DNA of 64,000 nt from Phoronis australis (taxonomy: Eukaryota > Animalia > Phoronida). Below are positions 15,301 through 27,500 of the stretch, in pieces. The notes beneath the pieces were generated by a model. It saw only the letters and a list, made by a program, of their open reading frames with translations, was not told the DNA's origin and searched no databases. Position 1 is the stretch's first letter; each line of letters starts with the position of its first letter. The stretch is taken from the NCBI GenBank assembly GCA_002633005.1, contig NMRA01000492.1, positions 261,890-325,889 on the forward strand, in the 5' to 3' direction. Made by a program: the position numbers and the translations under genes.

Positions 15301-18300
15301 GCAGCAGCACATCCAACATGAAGTCCAGTAACAGCTTCATGCTCTTGGGTTGGTCCACTATAAAGCTGTACTCTGCCTTGACCGCTGCACTACTACTGTG
15401 GCTTATCTTCAGCTGGCCCATTGCTGGCATCATCAGCAGCAGTAGACTTTGACAAAGAGAGAGAGACCATTTAATGTACACAACAGTTCACAATCAAGTA
15501 GTCGTACCCACTTTATCTAGACTACCCCCTCAACATGAAAAGTTACATTACATGACAATTTTTGTCAAAGATAACGGTGGCTCACTGAGGTGCTTTCAAT
15601 GTTTATTTCAGTTGAGAATTTTCACACATTATTCCCATTCACGTGTCTCTAGTTCCAATGAGCTTTCACGGAAAAAGTTTAAATTCCAGTTATTTTTCCC
15701 CAAACAGTAGGCATATAATGTTTGGCCAATTTTATTACTGAATGCACAAATCACGATATGACACCTATGAACCAGGCCTGTAACCATCTGGCATCTAAAA
15801 GGACACCCCGACTTAAAGTTAGACACAATTCACGATGCCCAGTTTAGCATTTGGAAGCCAAGTAATGTAAGCAAGCAAGCAAGCATTCGAGTCAACAGCA
15901 GCTCTGAGAGCTAGCTGGCCTGTCCAGAATGAAAATGTTAGTTAAGATATAATGTAAGATACTACAAGCATGGCACACCAACGTTCTCCCGTAACACAAT
16001 AACAGGTATTTGACTTGGGATGATAATAACAGTCACACATGATTCATCACGGAGACCCCGAGAAATTGTAACAAAGCCCTGTCGCTAACGAAGACTACTT
16101 TTGTCATTTTCCACATTTTTCAAGTTTCCATTATAATGAATGGTCATTGTGCCATTCCAAGTTTCTCTCAAACCCTAAGTCTAGCGTTCTAGCTATCGCC
16201 AATAACAAACACGACTCCTTCCTTCCTTTAGCTCAAGCGTCACTGATTGGTGCCTACCTGTCCTGCTGAGGTTGTGGCTTGTCCTCAAGACATCTCATCA
16301 ATGTGGGCAACAAATCTGTCTGCTTGTCAACGGGCAGCCGAGGAAAGCCCATCTTTATGTACAGGATGGTGAAGTTCTACAGACATGAAGCTCTGCATTA
16401 GCATTCAAGCATTACCTTGAATCAACGTTCAACTAAGTGTTCCGAATCATTAGTAATGATGTCACGCTATTTTAAAAGTTGGCGACCTTTGGTGAAGTTT
16501 TCAAAAATGCCTCTAAATAGTTTGACACAAACATTCGAAATGTTTTGCTCCACAATTCAGCCTAATGTCCTCAAAGTGATCCTGTCAACGTTTGTTTCAA
16601 ACCAACTGCAGCTAAAAACAGACTGTCCTCTGGCAGTTGATTTTTAAATACTTTTTTGTAAAAAAACAACTTGATAATACCTTTGATGAATGTGGTAAGA
16701 AATATAATGTAGAACCATAGGACTTCATAAAATAATGTGGTAAGAAATATAATGTAGAACCATAGGACTTCATAAAATAGTGTGCTAAGAAATACATTGT
16801 AGAACCATAGGACTTCATAAAATAATGTGCTAAGAAATATAATGTAGAACCATAGGACATCATAAAATAATATGCTAAGAAATATAATGTAGAACCATAG
16901 GACTTCATAAAATAGAGTGCTAAGAAATATAATGTAGAACCATAGGACTTCATAAAATAGTGTGCTAAGAAATATAATGTAGAACCGTAGGACTTCATAA
17001 AATAATGTGCTAAGAAATATAATGTAGAACCATAGGACTCCATAAAATCTTGGTCCACTTTCAGCGCGCAATAGGATAGGTGAAATACTAACACAAACAA
17101 GCACTTTAATTTATACATGAATTTTTTTCAAGACCAATCATGAACAACAAATCCAGTGTGCTTTGTTTGCCTTTAAGACAGGCGCACAATAAACCGTGGG
17201 TCGTGAGTAGCCCAACAAAATCACTCTATGCTCAATTCAACTTACAACAACAAATGGTGAAGCTGCGGGATCCTGATACTGCACGAGCAAAGTGTCGACA
17301 GGGACCTGAACACACGGTCGACTCTTCAGACGCTTGTTGAGATGCACCAGCAACTCCATGACCTTTTTACGCACACCTTCTTGCTGGCTAGACAGCTTGA
17401 GCAGAATTGGCGGCAGGAACTTGTGTACGAGGCTTCCAAGCTGCTCATCGGTCTCGGCAGAGCCGATACGCAGAAACACACGCTCCACTAGGGCTGAAAC
17501 CAAAGAAAGCCGTGTCATACAATACGAGTTGTGAGAGCAAATGAAAGAGGGTGGATAAAGAAGAGGGAGCACTGACACACGAGAGGCAAAAAAATGGTGG
17601 ACCAAGCAGGACAGGAAGAGGGTGTGAATAACTCTTTCAAACTGGTTTCCGAAATTCTCTTGCCGTGAATTTTAGATATAGGTTCCTTACACCAAAAGGG
17701 AGATGATAGCTCTTTTGTGATTATAATGCAGAACAGGTTTGGAATGTTTGGACAAACCTGTCAAAGCTGGCAAGAAACAGAAACTTTTCATTGTCAATAC
17801 AAATAGTTTAGAGAATGACACTACTTCTTATAGGAGTATAGAAAATTTGGAAAAGGTTGACTAGGTTTTAGGTACTGGGAACTTCCAAAAGAGCACCACC
17901 AGTACAAACTATCTGGGGTTCTTTCAGAGACAAGGCTCAAAAAGACCCTCTTGGCTTTTTCAGAATTGTGTGACATGTGCAAAATGTGGTCAAGATGTCA
18001 AAATTCTTAATTTTTGGTCTTTAAAAGCATTGTGAAACTTGTTTTGTTATAGCCAAGCTTTCGACAAAGTGAACCCTCCTCAGACAGTATAACGTACTAT
18101 AACTGAATGAGGGTGCTAGAGGGCAACAATGTAAGTTTCCAAGGGAGAACCTCTTTTCTCCTTAAGACTGTCTTTGTTGCTGAGAAAGTGCTATCATACA
18201 ACTTGGGAAATAAAAATGTGATTAAATGCCAATTTCCCAATTAAGATTCTAAAAGCTAACCTGCATTTTATATTTTTTCAGAATGCCACCCATTAAAAAG

Positions 18301-19582
18301 ATAGTCCTAAATAAGCAACCACAACTGTACAGTGGAAGACATCACTGAGAAATTAATTATTCTTTGAAATAAAAAAAACATTTGTGTGAAACTGTTGTAG
18401 ACAGTGGCAACCACCTCTAGCTGTCTCATTAGAGACGGTGTAGCTCCTATAGAAGCTTCATACGCCAGAAACTTTTTGGCGAATTATGCCTCACACTGAT
18501 TAAAAAATCAAAGTAACGTTCTAATAAATACCTTTTGTGCATAGAGGGACACCTTAAAAGATCGCCATTGTCTCTAATTCCTTCCAACTCGAACAAATAC
18601 TCCTATTATTAAACTTTTTTGAGCAGTCCCTCGTTCAGTTCCCAAAATCGGAAACTGACCATTTCTAACACTGAGCGCAGCAGGCAGTATAACTTCATAC
18701 CCCCTGCCGTCAGCAGTGTAAAAATGGCCAGTTACTGATTTTGGGAACTGAACAAGGGACTGCTCAATGAAAAAGTTTTTATAACAGGAGTTTTTGTTAG
18801 GTTTGGACGGAATTAAAGATATCAATGGTCTGCTAAGGTGTCACTGCATGCACAAAAGGTATTTATTACAATGTGACTTTGATGTTTTAGTCCGTGAGCG
18901 GCATAATTCGCCAAAAAGCTTCCTGCGTAAGAAGCTACTATAGGAGCTACACTGTCTCTAATGAGCCACCAGTAGAGATGGAGGTCACTGCCTAGTGAAA
19001 CTGGTGAAGTGGTTCTGCCCTCTAAACATTTGAGAAGCGGGAAGCCTGGGGGAACCGGCACTAGTCGGATATAATGGACCCTGATTTAGAGAACCAGGCA
19101 ATCACTGAATAATTGACATTATTTAGTCGATGAAACCGGTTCTCTAAATCAGGGTCCATCCTAGTACTAGTGGAGTAGTGCCAGGAAATCTGTGGGTGCC
19201 CCTGTAATCTACAAACAACAATCTTTCAATTATTAGTTTCATCTAGACTTCCTTGGCTGAGTAAATTTTAAGACTGAAATGTGTGAGCAGGCTTAACCGC
19301 TTCACTTTGTATTCAGGCGTTCAATGCACTTCAGTTTGCACTGTCACGGTTCACCAACACCTGTGCAAGCAGTTCACGCCACTCGTCATTCATTCTCGAG
19401 CCGAGGCCCGCCAACGCCATGGACAACTGTGAGTATATTTTACATCATACCACCGAATTGACAAGGTGTCTTCAATTTTGAAGTTAAATGAAACAGCACA
19501 ATTTAGAGCCCAGTCACGACTCCCTTTCCTTGCAAGAAAATTGCAAGTCACACAACTTACTCAACTCATCTTGTTCCGCCAT
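375..19582 (-). CDS. ECPAS: Proteasome adapter and scaffold protein ECM29, 5' portion (21 coding exons, ~991 aa in window; continues beyond the left edge)
   Basis: Exons read manually, all GT-AG and phase-consistent: 19582-19561, 17493-17246, 16376-16258, 15446-15291, 14363-14109, 13353-13233, 12690-12571, 11503-11418, 11118-11037, 10775-10659, 10048-9926, 9515-9412, 9014-8816, 7489-7294, 6866-6643, 5711-5522, 4932-4745, 4491-4390, 1701-1588, 1284-1192, 489-375. The spliced N-terminus [26 protein letters not shown]...[36 protein letters not shown]...[15 protein letters not shown]...[14 protein letters not shown] matches the ECM29 N-terminus as I know it. Confidence 0.95.
1853..3811. mobile_element. 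Non-autonomous PIF/Harbinger-like DNA transposon in an ECM29 intron, carrying a nested LINE fragment
   Basis: Perfect 26-bp TIRs CAGCCAATTTCATAAAGGTGGTTTAA (1853-1878 and 3786-3811), flanked by tta/taa, with many subterminal aaacc(a/t)ggt repeats. 1915-2190 is homologous to 32470-32790, which retains a Myb/SANT-like ORF typical of Harbinger. Confidence 0.8.
2359..3147 (+). mobile_element. 5'-truncated CR1/L2/Crack-group LINE (end of ORF2 plus 3' UTR)
   Basis: Translation [10 protein letters not shown]...[11 protein letters not shown]...LHKETG...[13 protein letters not shown]...RYNTRSS...LPK is the typical post-RT C-terminus. It is followed by a T-rich 3' UTR, a terminal stem (ggcccccatg...gatgggctacc) and an aataaataa tail. 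Confidence 0.85.
5195..5550. repeat. Minisatellite, 4 units of ~79-90 bp, including the 3' end and splice donor of ECM29 exon 16
   Basis: Recurrent ccttcaaccaatcac...ctaataccc/taccaatacc..cacagcctcagtcatacag. The last unit overlaps coding exon 5522-5711. Confidence 0.85.
11783..11968. repeat. Tandem repeat, 60-bp unit x3
   Basis: aaaatgc(t/c)tt(a/c)agaatgtcttacttttgaacaa(t/c)atacc(a/g)tc(g/a)ttcagagacggcttctc repeated three times. Confidence 0.9.
13790..13945 (-). mobile_element. Degenerate THAP zinc-finger remnant (DNA-transposon relic) in an ECM29 intron
   Basis: Minus-strand translation [10 protein letters not shown]...LKFFTF resembles the start of a THAP domain. No intact ORF or termini seen. 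Confidence 0.35.
16689..17048. repeat. Tandem repeat, 45-bp unit x8
   Basis: aatgtg(g/c)taagaaatataatgtagaaccataggacttcataaaat repeated. It explains the two overlapping minus-strand ORFs here. Confidence 0.95.
18397..18994. mobile_element. Foldback/MITE with long imperfect inverted arms and an inner inverted repeat
   Basis: 18397-18555 is the imperfect reverse complement of 18835-18994. Inner arms tgagcagtccctcgttcagttcccaaaatc (~18620) and gattttgggaactgaacaagggactgctca (~18737). Confidence 0.7.
19074..19159. repeat. Short inverted repeat (hairpin-type MITE)
   Basis: atggaccctgatttagagaacc ... ggttctctaaatcagggtccat form perfect arms. Confidence 0.7.
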
Positions 19583-20955
19583 GTTCATTCTTCAATTTTG
19601 TCATTCAGTTTCGAACTTTTTTGCGACCCCTGGTGGTTGTTTCACACAATTACGTATTGTCAGCTACTTGAACCCATTGTTGTTTTATTTGTGCCAGTAA
19701 TTTTTGTTGATGTGTTAAGTGCTAATGATTGTTTGTTGTTTTTTTTCTAGAGCAAGCTCTCCATTTGACGGCACTAGTAATCCTGTCTCGTGGCTCAACT
19801 ATTTTTTCTGACAGAGTGTTTATAGAACGTGTTTATCATGCGCTACACTGGATACAATCAGAATCGGTAAGCTAAAGCCTCTGGACTTTTTTACCAGTAA
19901 TCATCAAAATATCAGGGAGCGTTTTATTAAAGGTAGCAATTCCCGGTCCCTGTTACTAGACGGACGTAAGCCAGGTAAAATTATTCAGTTTTCTCACAAG
20001 TTAAAGAATCAGGGCATTAACTTTTACCGGCCTCTGTCAGGTGAGAGCCGTTCGCCAAGAAAGCTGTACTTATGATATGGCATCAAAAGCCTCCGGCTCT
20101 CATCCCTTTTGTCACCAGAGTTGATTCAGGACCCGATAAGGTTTGATAACGCGCCATCCTACAGGTTCTATCAAAGCATTCAACCGAGATCTAACGATCG
20201 TCCGTTTCACTGCACCTTGCACTTCGTCAACAGATTTATGCAAGGCGATGTCTGATTTTACAGCATTCTGAGGAGTACTGCATTAGTGATGGCTTCATAG
20301 AAATTAAACCCTGAACACCACGTAAATAAAATTTTCAGTTTCGCTGAAATCATCTTACAAAGCAAATAACCGTTGCCTTAAACTGAACACATATTCTGAT
20401 GGAGAGCAGACCTCGAGTCTTCGGTGTAAATCTATAGGCCTAGTTGCATATCCTGAAGTGAATATTCATCGCGAAAACCACCCGCGTACTTACGGAGTAT
20501 TTCACGACATTAAAATATTTGCAGCGGCGGACGTCTCTCAAAAACATGGTTTATTACCTGTACAGCTGTAACAGGCCATGTCTAGGTTATCTCCCACCTC
20601 TAAACACTGAAGGTAATCTGACTCTTCTTAAAAAATAATGGTTAAGTTCATAATTTCATACAATTATATTAAATAGAAGTAAATTTAATAGCCAGTACAC
20701 GGCCAATTTCACAGAACGTGACATTTTTCATAACGCATTGCGTTGCGATAGTGGCAATGCATTGTGGGAAACGATTTCACTGCAAATTACCATACCTGAC
20801 CTACAGCACCCTCTGTGCAAGTGAGTGGCTGCTTCAGAGCAAGTCAAAACAATTAAGTCGATTTTTAAGTCTGAGGGTACAACACGGTGTAAGTTTTCCA
20901 AATAACGAGTGAAACGGGAACAAGACATTGAACACTAGAACTGAAGCCTCAAGAC

Positions 20956-21121
20956 CAGTGGCGGATTTAGAGGGGGGTCTAGGGAGCCATGTCACCCCTC
21001 TTCGAAAATTCTCGTATTCCATTTAGCTGTTAGGGGCGTGCGAATGTCTGACGCGCAAAATCCTGGCTGAAACTCCTCCCTGACCCCATCCCCCGGACTC
21101 AAAACCATGAATCCGCCCCTG
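20956..21121. mobile_element. Small hAT-like MITE
   Basis: Ends cagtggcggattt... and ...gaatccgcccctg are near-inverted, with G-rich/C-rich subterminal tracts. A similar relic lies at ~3275-3417. Confidence 0.5.
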
Positions 21122-22019
21122 AAGACGAAACGTTATCACAGCATAAAGAACCACAATTTTCCTCCTTCCATACAACTTAAGTACCGACAAGTGGGGAAAG
21201 TAAGCTAATTGGAATCAATGCCCCACATTCTGTCACGGGCATTACGAGCGCATTCAGTCTAAAGGATGGGAGTACTCGAATTCCCGAGGATGTGGACTTA
21301 GTACTAAAAAACAAACGATGGACTTAAAAACAAGAGAAAACGATTGCGCCGCCGTTGGCATGGATCTTGCAATCGGGTCTGAGGCCCNTGAGTTGCCGTT
21401 TTATTTTTTGCGGCAGCCAAGGGAGGTCCCCCCCTCCCCCCAATCCGCCTATGACCCAAGAATTCATCACATTCATCCACACACATGTTGAATAAAAAGG
21501 AGTATGCACACACCCCTTTTCTAAATCGTTCAGAAAATGCTACCATCACTGAACAAGTCTGTAAACCCACATAAGCTTGCCTTCTTAAATACACTGTACT
21601 CATAGTTTGAGGAACATATCTTTCACAATAAAACGGTGCCGTAAGTCCTATCATTACAACCAATTTCAGAAAAGCACTAAGCAAAATGTTATCAAAGGCC
21701 AGGAAAGATCCACAACTGTTACATGAAATCTACAACAATCTCGCGTTTACTCAAGCAATGCATAACCCTTGTGTATTAAGCTTTGATTAGAAACTATTTT
21801 CAACAAGTCTCAATATAAATCAGGTCCAAAATTGCGTAAAAATCTCGTTAACACAACAATATTGTGCACTCTGCCAATTTATTAAAGCCATAATCGATAG
21901 TACCCTTTATACGCTTTACTTGGTTATTTTAAAATTATTTAGCAAAAGTTTAAAAACAGAGGTTTCGCAACGATCTCAATTTTTCAACATGTTAAGAGCG
22001 CAAACATCAGGTAAAAACT

Positions 22020-22280
22020 GCTATAAACATGGGCTTCGTTGAATGCTGCAGTGAACACGCCTTTCGTTAAATGCTGCTATACATTTAAACATGCGCTTCG
22101 TTCAATGCTGCTGTGAACACGCCTTTCGTTAAATGCTGTTATACATTTAAACATGCGCTTCGTTGAATGCTGCTGTGAACACGCCTTTCTTGAATGCTAC
22201 TATAAACACGCCTTTCTTGAATACTGCTTTGAGCACGCCTTTCGTTGAACGCTGCTATAAAAACGCCTTTCTTTGAAGAA
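22020..22280. repeat. Degenerate tandem repeat (~27-33-bp subunit, ~60-bp dimer)
   Basis: aacacgcctttcgttgaatgctgctat-like motif reiterated. Confidence 0.75.
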
Positions 22281-22917
22281 GCTATTGAACTGTTAATTTA
22301 CAACACAGGCTTGTGGCAAAATGGTCGCAAAGTGTTGTTTTCTCAGACTTTAAAGTGATTTCTTGTCTTAGAAAGTGACAGTGTAATATTGCTTGAAACC
22401 ATGTTGACGTGACAAGCCGACGCAGTGAGTCGGTCCTCAAGCAATAACGTCATAATCAGTTCTTCTAAGCATTAGAAATCCCCTCTGATTCAAGTGAAGG
22501 ACAATTTTAAACTGATAAGTGATCTAAATCAAAAATACAGCCAGCTTAACATTAGTGGAATGTTTGTTATAAATGACACTTGGAACATAAGTTCAGTACA
22601 CCGTAACTATAATCATTTTAGAATAAAGTCAAATTAGTCTTTATGGCCACGCGCTATATTCATCATGTCAGTCAGTTTATAAGTATAAGGCTTTCCCGGT
22701 TTGGACACAACATTCAGAACCATCTGTTTTTCCGACAACTTCCAGCCAATTCCGTCATCCAGGTTGTCCTCGAGTTACAACCATTTATTCGTCGATACAC
22801 ACCACGTAGAATAAGGACAAACAATCACAACATCATTTAACCATCCTCCATTTTATTTAGTGTGGAAAATCGTCAAATATTGCTACTCGTTTTGCCTTGT
22901 GTTATGGTACAAAAAGA

Positions 22918-24190
22918 ATGGTGAAGCGTTGCGTTTGTGGTGGTTGTGACAACTCAACGTTTCAGTGAGCACAATATGGCTCTTTTCACTCTCCCCCGGG
23001 ACTTCAGTGAAACGCGAATGGCTCAAGTTTGCACAAGAGAAACTCTCGTGTTGGTGGACATGACAGGCTATCGCTGGGTATGTTCAAACGTCACGCCCAT
23101 GTCCGTAGCCGGCTAAGAAACTTCCAATTAAAATCGCTTTTCTTCTATTTCTCAGTGTTGATTTTATGATTTTGGCATGCAGTGCCATAAAAGAGTGTTT
23201 AATGATGCTGACAATGTAGTCACTTGTCGAAACAAGGTAAACGGTGGTTTTAAGCACTATGTTTTTCCTGTCATCCATATGAGTGATACTTTCACAACCG
23301 GCATCTGTTCAGTGCGTCATGTCCATACTGGATCTCTACCCACTGTTTCAAAACCTTGCAACCTCATTTCAACGATTCTTTGCCTGCCAAAGTACCTTTT
23401 TGAGCGTACACACGACATGTCATCGATTCCACATGTTGTTTTGCAGTTTTTGATGAGCGAACTCTGTCGGGTCAGCTCACCACCATCTGCAGGTGAATGC
23501 GATTGTAAGCGATAGCTGCAATCTCTGAAGCTTTAGTGGTGGGAGTCTTACTAACTACCTAAATGCAAGCAAAAACTGTATACAAAATTTGTGTTTCAAA
23601 TCTTCCCATACTTGACCAACCATCCGAAATGGGGGTGGTGTACGTCTGTGGGTGATCCATGGTATTTTGGTTATGTTTAGGAATATCTAAACCTATTTGT
23701 CAGAACAAATCAGCTTACCTCATGATTATTTTTTGAAGCGCTTTACTAAGCAGCGAAATACACGTACAGAGGCGTGCATAATACATTTTAGCATGTCTTT
23801 GCTTATGCTGTGCCGCTGCTGAAATGTAACTATACAACAACAGAATATTTTAAAGTGACACCATTGACAAGGAAGGCGATTTCCTGAAATTAGCACCAGC
23901 GTGGAATCGAACATGGGACCCCCGTGGTCTCTGTCAAAGTCTGCGCTTGTGGAGCAGAATTTTACTCGTTAAATGACAGAGTATTTTAAGCGCATTTAAT
24001 TGGTAAATTCACGTGTCTTGATTTTAACGTATGTCTCAGGCTAGCAGACAATTGTGAGAATTGGTGATTTGCAATAAAATCACAAAAACATAATGGATTT
24101 CATTTTTTATACGTCTAGTAAAGGCCATAGTTTATCTCATCTAATAATAATCATAAAAATGCGCTTTTCGGCCATAAACACGATGTCCCT
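22918..24190. mobile_element. Degenerate Kolobok-like transposon relic (THAP remnant on +, possible transposase remnant on -)
   Basis: + strand frameshifted MVKRCVCGGCDNS..ALFTLP..VKREWLKFA..WVCSN (THAP) from 22918. - strand ..*GCKVLKQWV.. near 23330-23440. Right end atgtccct|TTAA at 24190. Left end not identified. Confidence 0.4.
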
Positions 24191-24519
24191 TTAAATTATG
24201 ACCAAATCTATTACTATTTTAATGAGAAAGTCACGCTTTATTCACAGCACAGCCCTTCTCCATATCTATATCTGGTTAGCACGCAGGCGCAGCTTCGTCA
24301 ACTTCTCGTGTCTACAGTCGAAACAATATACACAGGGTGACCCTTGCTGATAATTGTTATCAGTTATTGTTCAACAAAGTCTTTAATATGATGTAGACCA
24401 TGAACATAAATAGCTACAATGTACCGAAACCGACGCGAACTTCCGTCTGTTTACTCATGGCATGTATAGAGAACCTCTAGTACCTGCGAGGGCTGATATG
24501 TGATTCGACAAATATCGAG

Positions 24520-27500
24520 ATGTTCTCTGATAATTCAAGCATCACAGTACCACCAGACGACCTTGCTTACGCCGGTTTAACTGTTGGCGTGTCCGTGTTG
24601 TCGTTTTTTGGATCTCTCCTTATTATCGTAACCTATGTGCTATACGGCGATTTGCGCACCACCAGCCGCAAACTACTTGTCTATCTAAGCGTCGCCGATC
24701 TCTTGACTGCCGTTGGCAATGTTCTGGGAGTCGCTGGTTTCTTACACCGTATTGAGTATGGAGACTCAGACGACGCGATTCTTGACACCTGGTTGTGCGT
24801 GTTTCCAGCGGCGCTTACCGTCTTCTCTACAATTTCGTCGTTTTCGTGGACCGTTTGTATAGCTATATTTCTATATGTCTGTATCGTTCACAACAAGGTT
24901 GCGTTGGCGGACAAGTTCACCTGGGGGTTCCATGTGGTCAGTTGGATATTACCAGGTAAGTTGTAGTTAACAAAAAACAGCAACAAAATGAGGGTAGTTA
25001 GGTTGTGTGGAAACTTTTAAATTGGAGGTTCGTGTGTTTATGTTCTTCAGAAATATCTTGTAAACCTAGTAGTAATACAATCACCCTCTGAAATAGAGTT
25101 GGCACCACAATGTTGACTGATTCACTTCGACAACCAGGCCGTAATGCTTTGTGAGTAACTAGCCGTGTTGAATTCCTGACTTATTGTTTTTGTTTATTTT
25201 GGGCGTAAAAAATGAGCCAACCAACCCGTAAGAAGACAACATTATTGGGGAAATAGAGGAATTTGATTTTGGACTTCCGAAAAGACCCTCGCCACTATAG
25301 TAACGCCCCNGGTCAGCAGACGACCTATGATTTTTGTGCATAACAACAAAAACTCTGAAACATGTAAGATTTGTTTCAGTTTCGGATAATTATTGTTTGA
25401 CACTAAATACACACTTGAGTTGTACCTTGAACAACTCAAAGTTGGAATATAGCAAGGAGTTCAGCTGTTTAATCAGATAAGACCTGTAATACTGGATTTC
25501 CTGTGATAATTTTATCAATCACCTTTGTTGTCATGAGATTACGTACCCGTGATGACATGTCATTTTCGAATAGTACATGCATCACTAATTTGAGATGCGG
25601 GGGTCATCACAGGTTTGACTCAGGCGTGCTTAAGGTATTTTTGACAAGGGTGCAGGTGAAAAATCAAAATACTGACAAATATAGAGAGTGGACTCGAAAA
25701 AATTGACACGTTCGTAGTGAGTTTCCCTGAAGAGGTCACCCTTGTTCCAGAAACACGACATTTTGTAGGCGTTCTATTCCATAAATCTAATCCTTACTTA
25801 AGGATTCTTGGATATGTGTTTTTAGACCATGAAGCAATACTTGTAGACCTCAGTATTGTGCTGTCAAAATTAGTACATTTTTGCCACCATCAATTTTTTA
25901 GAAACGAAAAATATTAAGGGCCTGTCTGCAGATTTTTGTAGCTGAAAAGAGGTCATTGATATTGCTTTGAACCCCTTTGTGAACGTTTAATAGGGAATTT
26001 TAGAAAATGGAGAGGAACTCTTTCTTCAGGTATATTGTCAAAAATGTCCCAATTATCAAAGAAACTGATCGTAAAACTGTCAACTATCCGCTGAGCGCCG
26101 CGTCCCATAATACCTCTTCTATGAAAGTACCCCCGTTATTTAACGTTGTTCTAATCAATCAAACTACCGTAAGCCAAATGACTTCAGGGTTAAAAGAGTT
26201 TGGATTCGGGTTCTGGATTTTGGTTTCTTAAAGAAAATTTTGGAAAATAATACCATAACATCAAATATCCTTCAATAATGCATGGCCCAATGTTTCCGTT
26301 ACAACCAGTAAAAAATCAAGGGGAGACCTGGGCTTGTTGGAAGTATTTGGAAACCGGGCATATGTATAGAATAAAACAGAAGGTACATGGTACAGCATTG
26401 ATTCCACTTGTCAAAAATCACCTTACAGTGACGGTCACTGTGATTTCAAAACAGCGAACTTCTGAAAGCTCATTTGACAGTAGAAAGTATTTAGATTTCT
26501 TTGGTAGCAAATTTCCGTTGTTCATTTTTTGTTTCTCGCAAGATGTCTTAGGTTTCATTAAAAGATATGTGTGTATTTAAATAGAGCAACGTGGTTCGAT
26601 ATTACATAGTATTCATTTATAATTTTGAATCTTACAACAAGATGCCAGGCGATATTTCTTTTAACCCTTGCATGGACTAGTTCGGCATATTTATCGGGGG
26701 CACATTTGTCCCATAGCTGAACACGCGTTTTTCCATGAAACATCAATTGTTATTTCTGTTTTTTCAAAGACTACAGTAATACTGTTATGTTCAAGTGTCC
26801 GTGATAAACGTGTAGAGTTCAATATATTGTCCAAAGTACGCGGAAGAACACGCGGGTACAGGTACATCCATGCGCCATTTGCACGCACAACCACATGAAA
26901 ATAATTGCAGGTAGTCTGGTAAAGGTTGTACCAGACGTACGCAGACAATGTTGTCATTACAGCGAAACTATCAATTGCATGTCCCAAACAGACTAAAGTT
27001 TCTTAATTTCCAAAAATCAGGCTGGGTGACTGTCCGAAATTTGGCCCTATTAGCTACGATGTACCCTAGTTTGTGATTTTGCTGTGGTCAGTGATATCGA
27101 AAGACATTTTTTGTTGGTGCCTGTTCTTTTTACAACGATTTAAAGGGACTTCATCGGGTTTACTGACGAAAACTCCACTTATGGGATTGCTGTTGGATTA
27201 GTTGACCTCTTGGGGATAGTTGCTTGAACCAGACCTATAAAACAACAAAATTTGTTTGTGTCCTATTTTTTGTTACAAGTCGCCAGACATTCCCTTGAAA
27301 TCAAGAGCCGGTGACTTTCTCAGTTAAATACACTTAAAATATTCTGCCGTTTATCGACTAGTGTTTAGGTCACTAGTCCCGCAGCGCTTGACAATGAGAG
27401 TTGCAGGTTCGATTTTGTCGGATGGGGCTGATCTGAAAAGCCCGCACTTTCATTTTGTCGCCGATAATGTTCTAGTCTAAATAAAAAACAATCAATCATG

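Noticed and set aside
16571-17118. Two overlapping 168-177-aa repetitive ORFs
   Set aside because: Produced by a 45-bp (multiple of 3) intronic minisatellite. ECM29 splices around it in frame.
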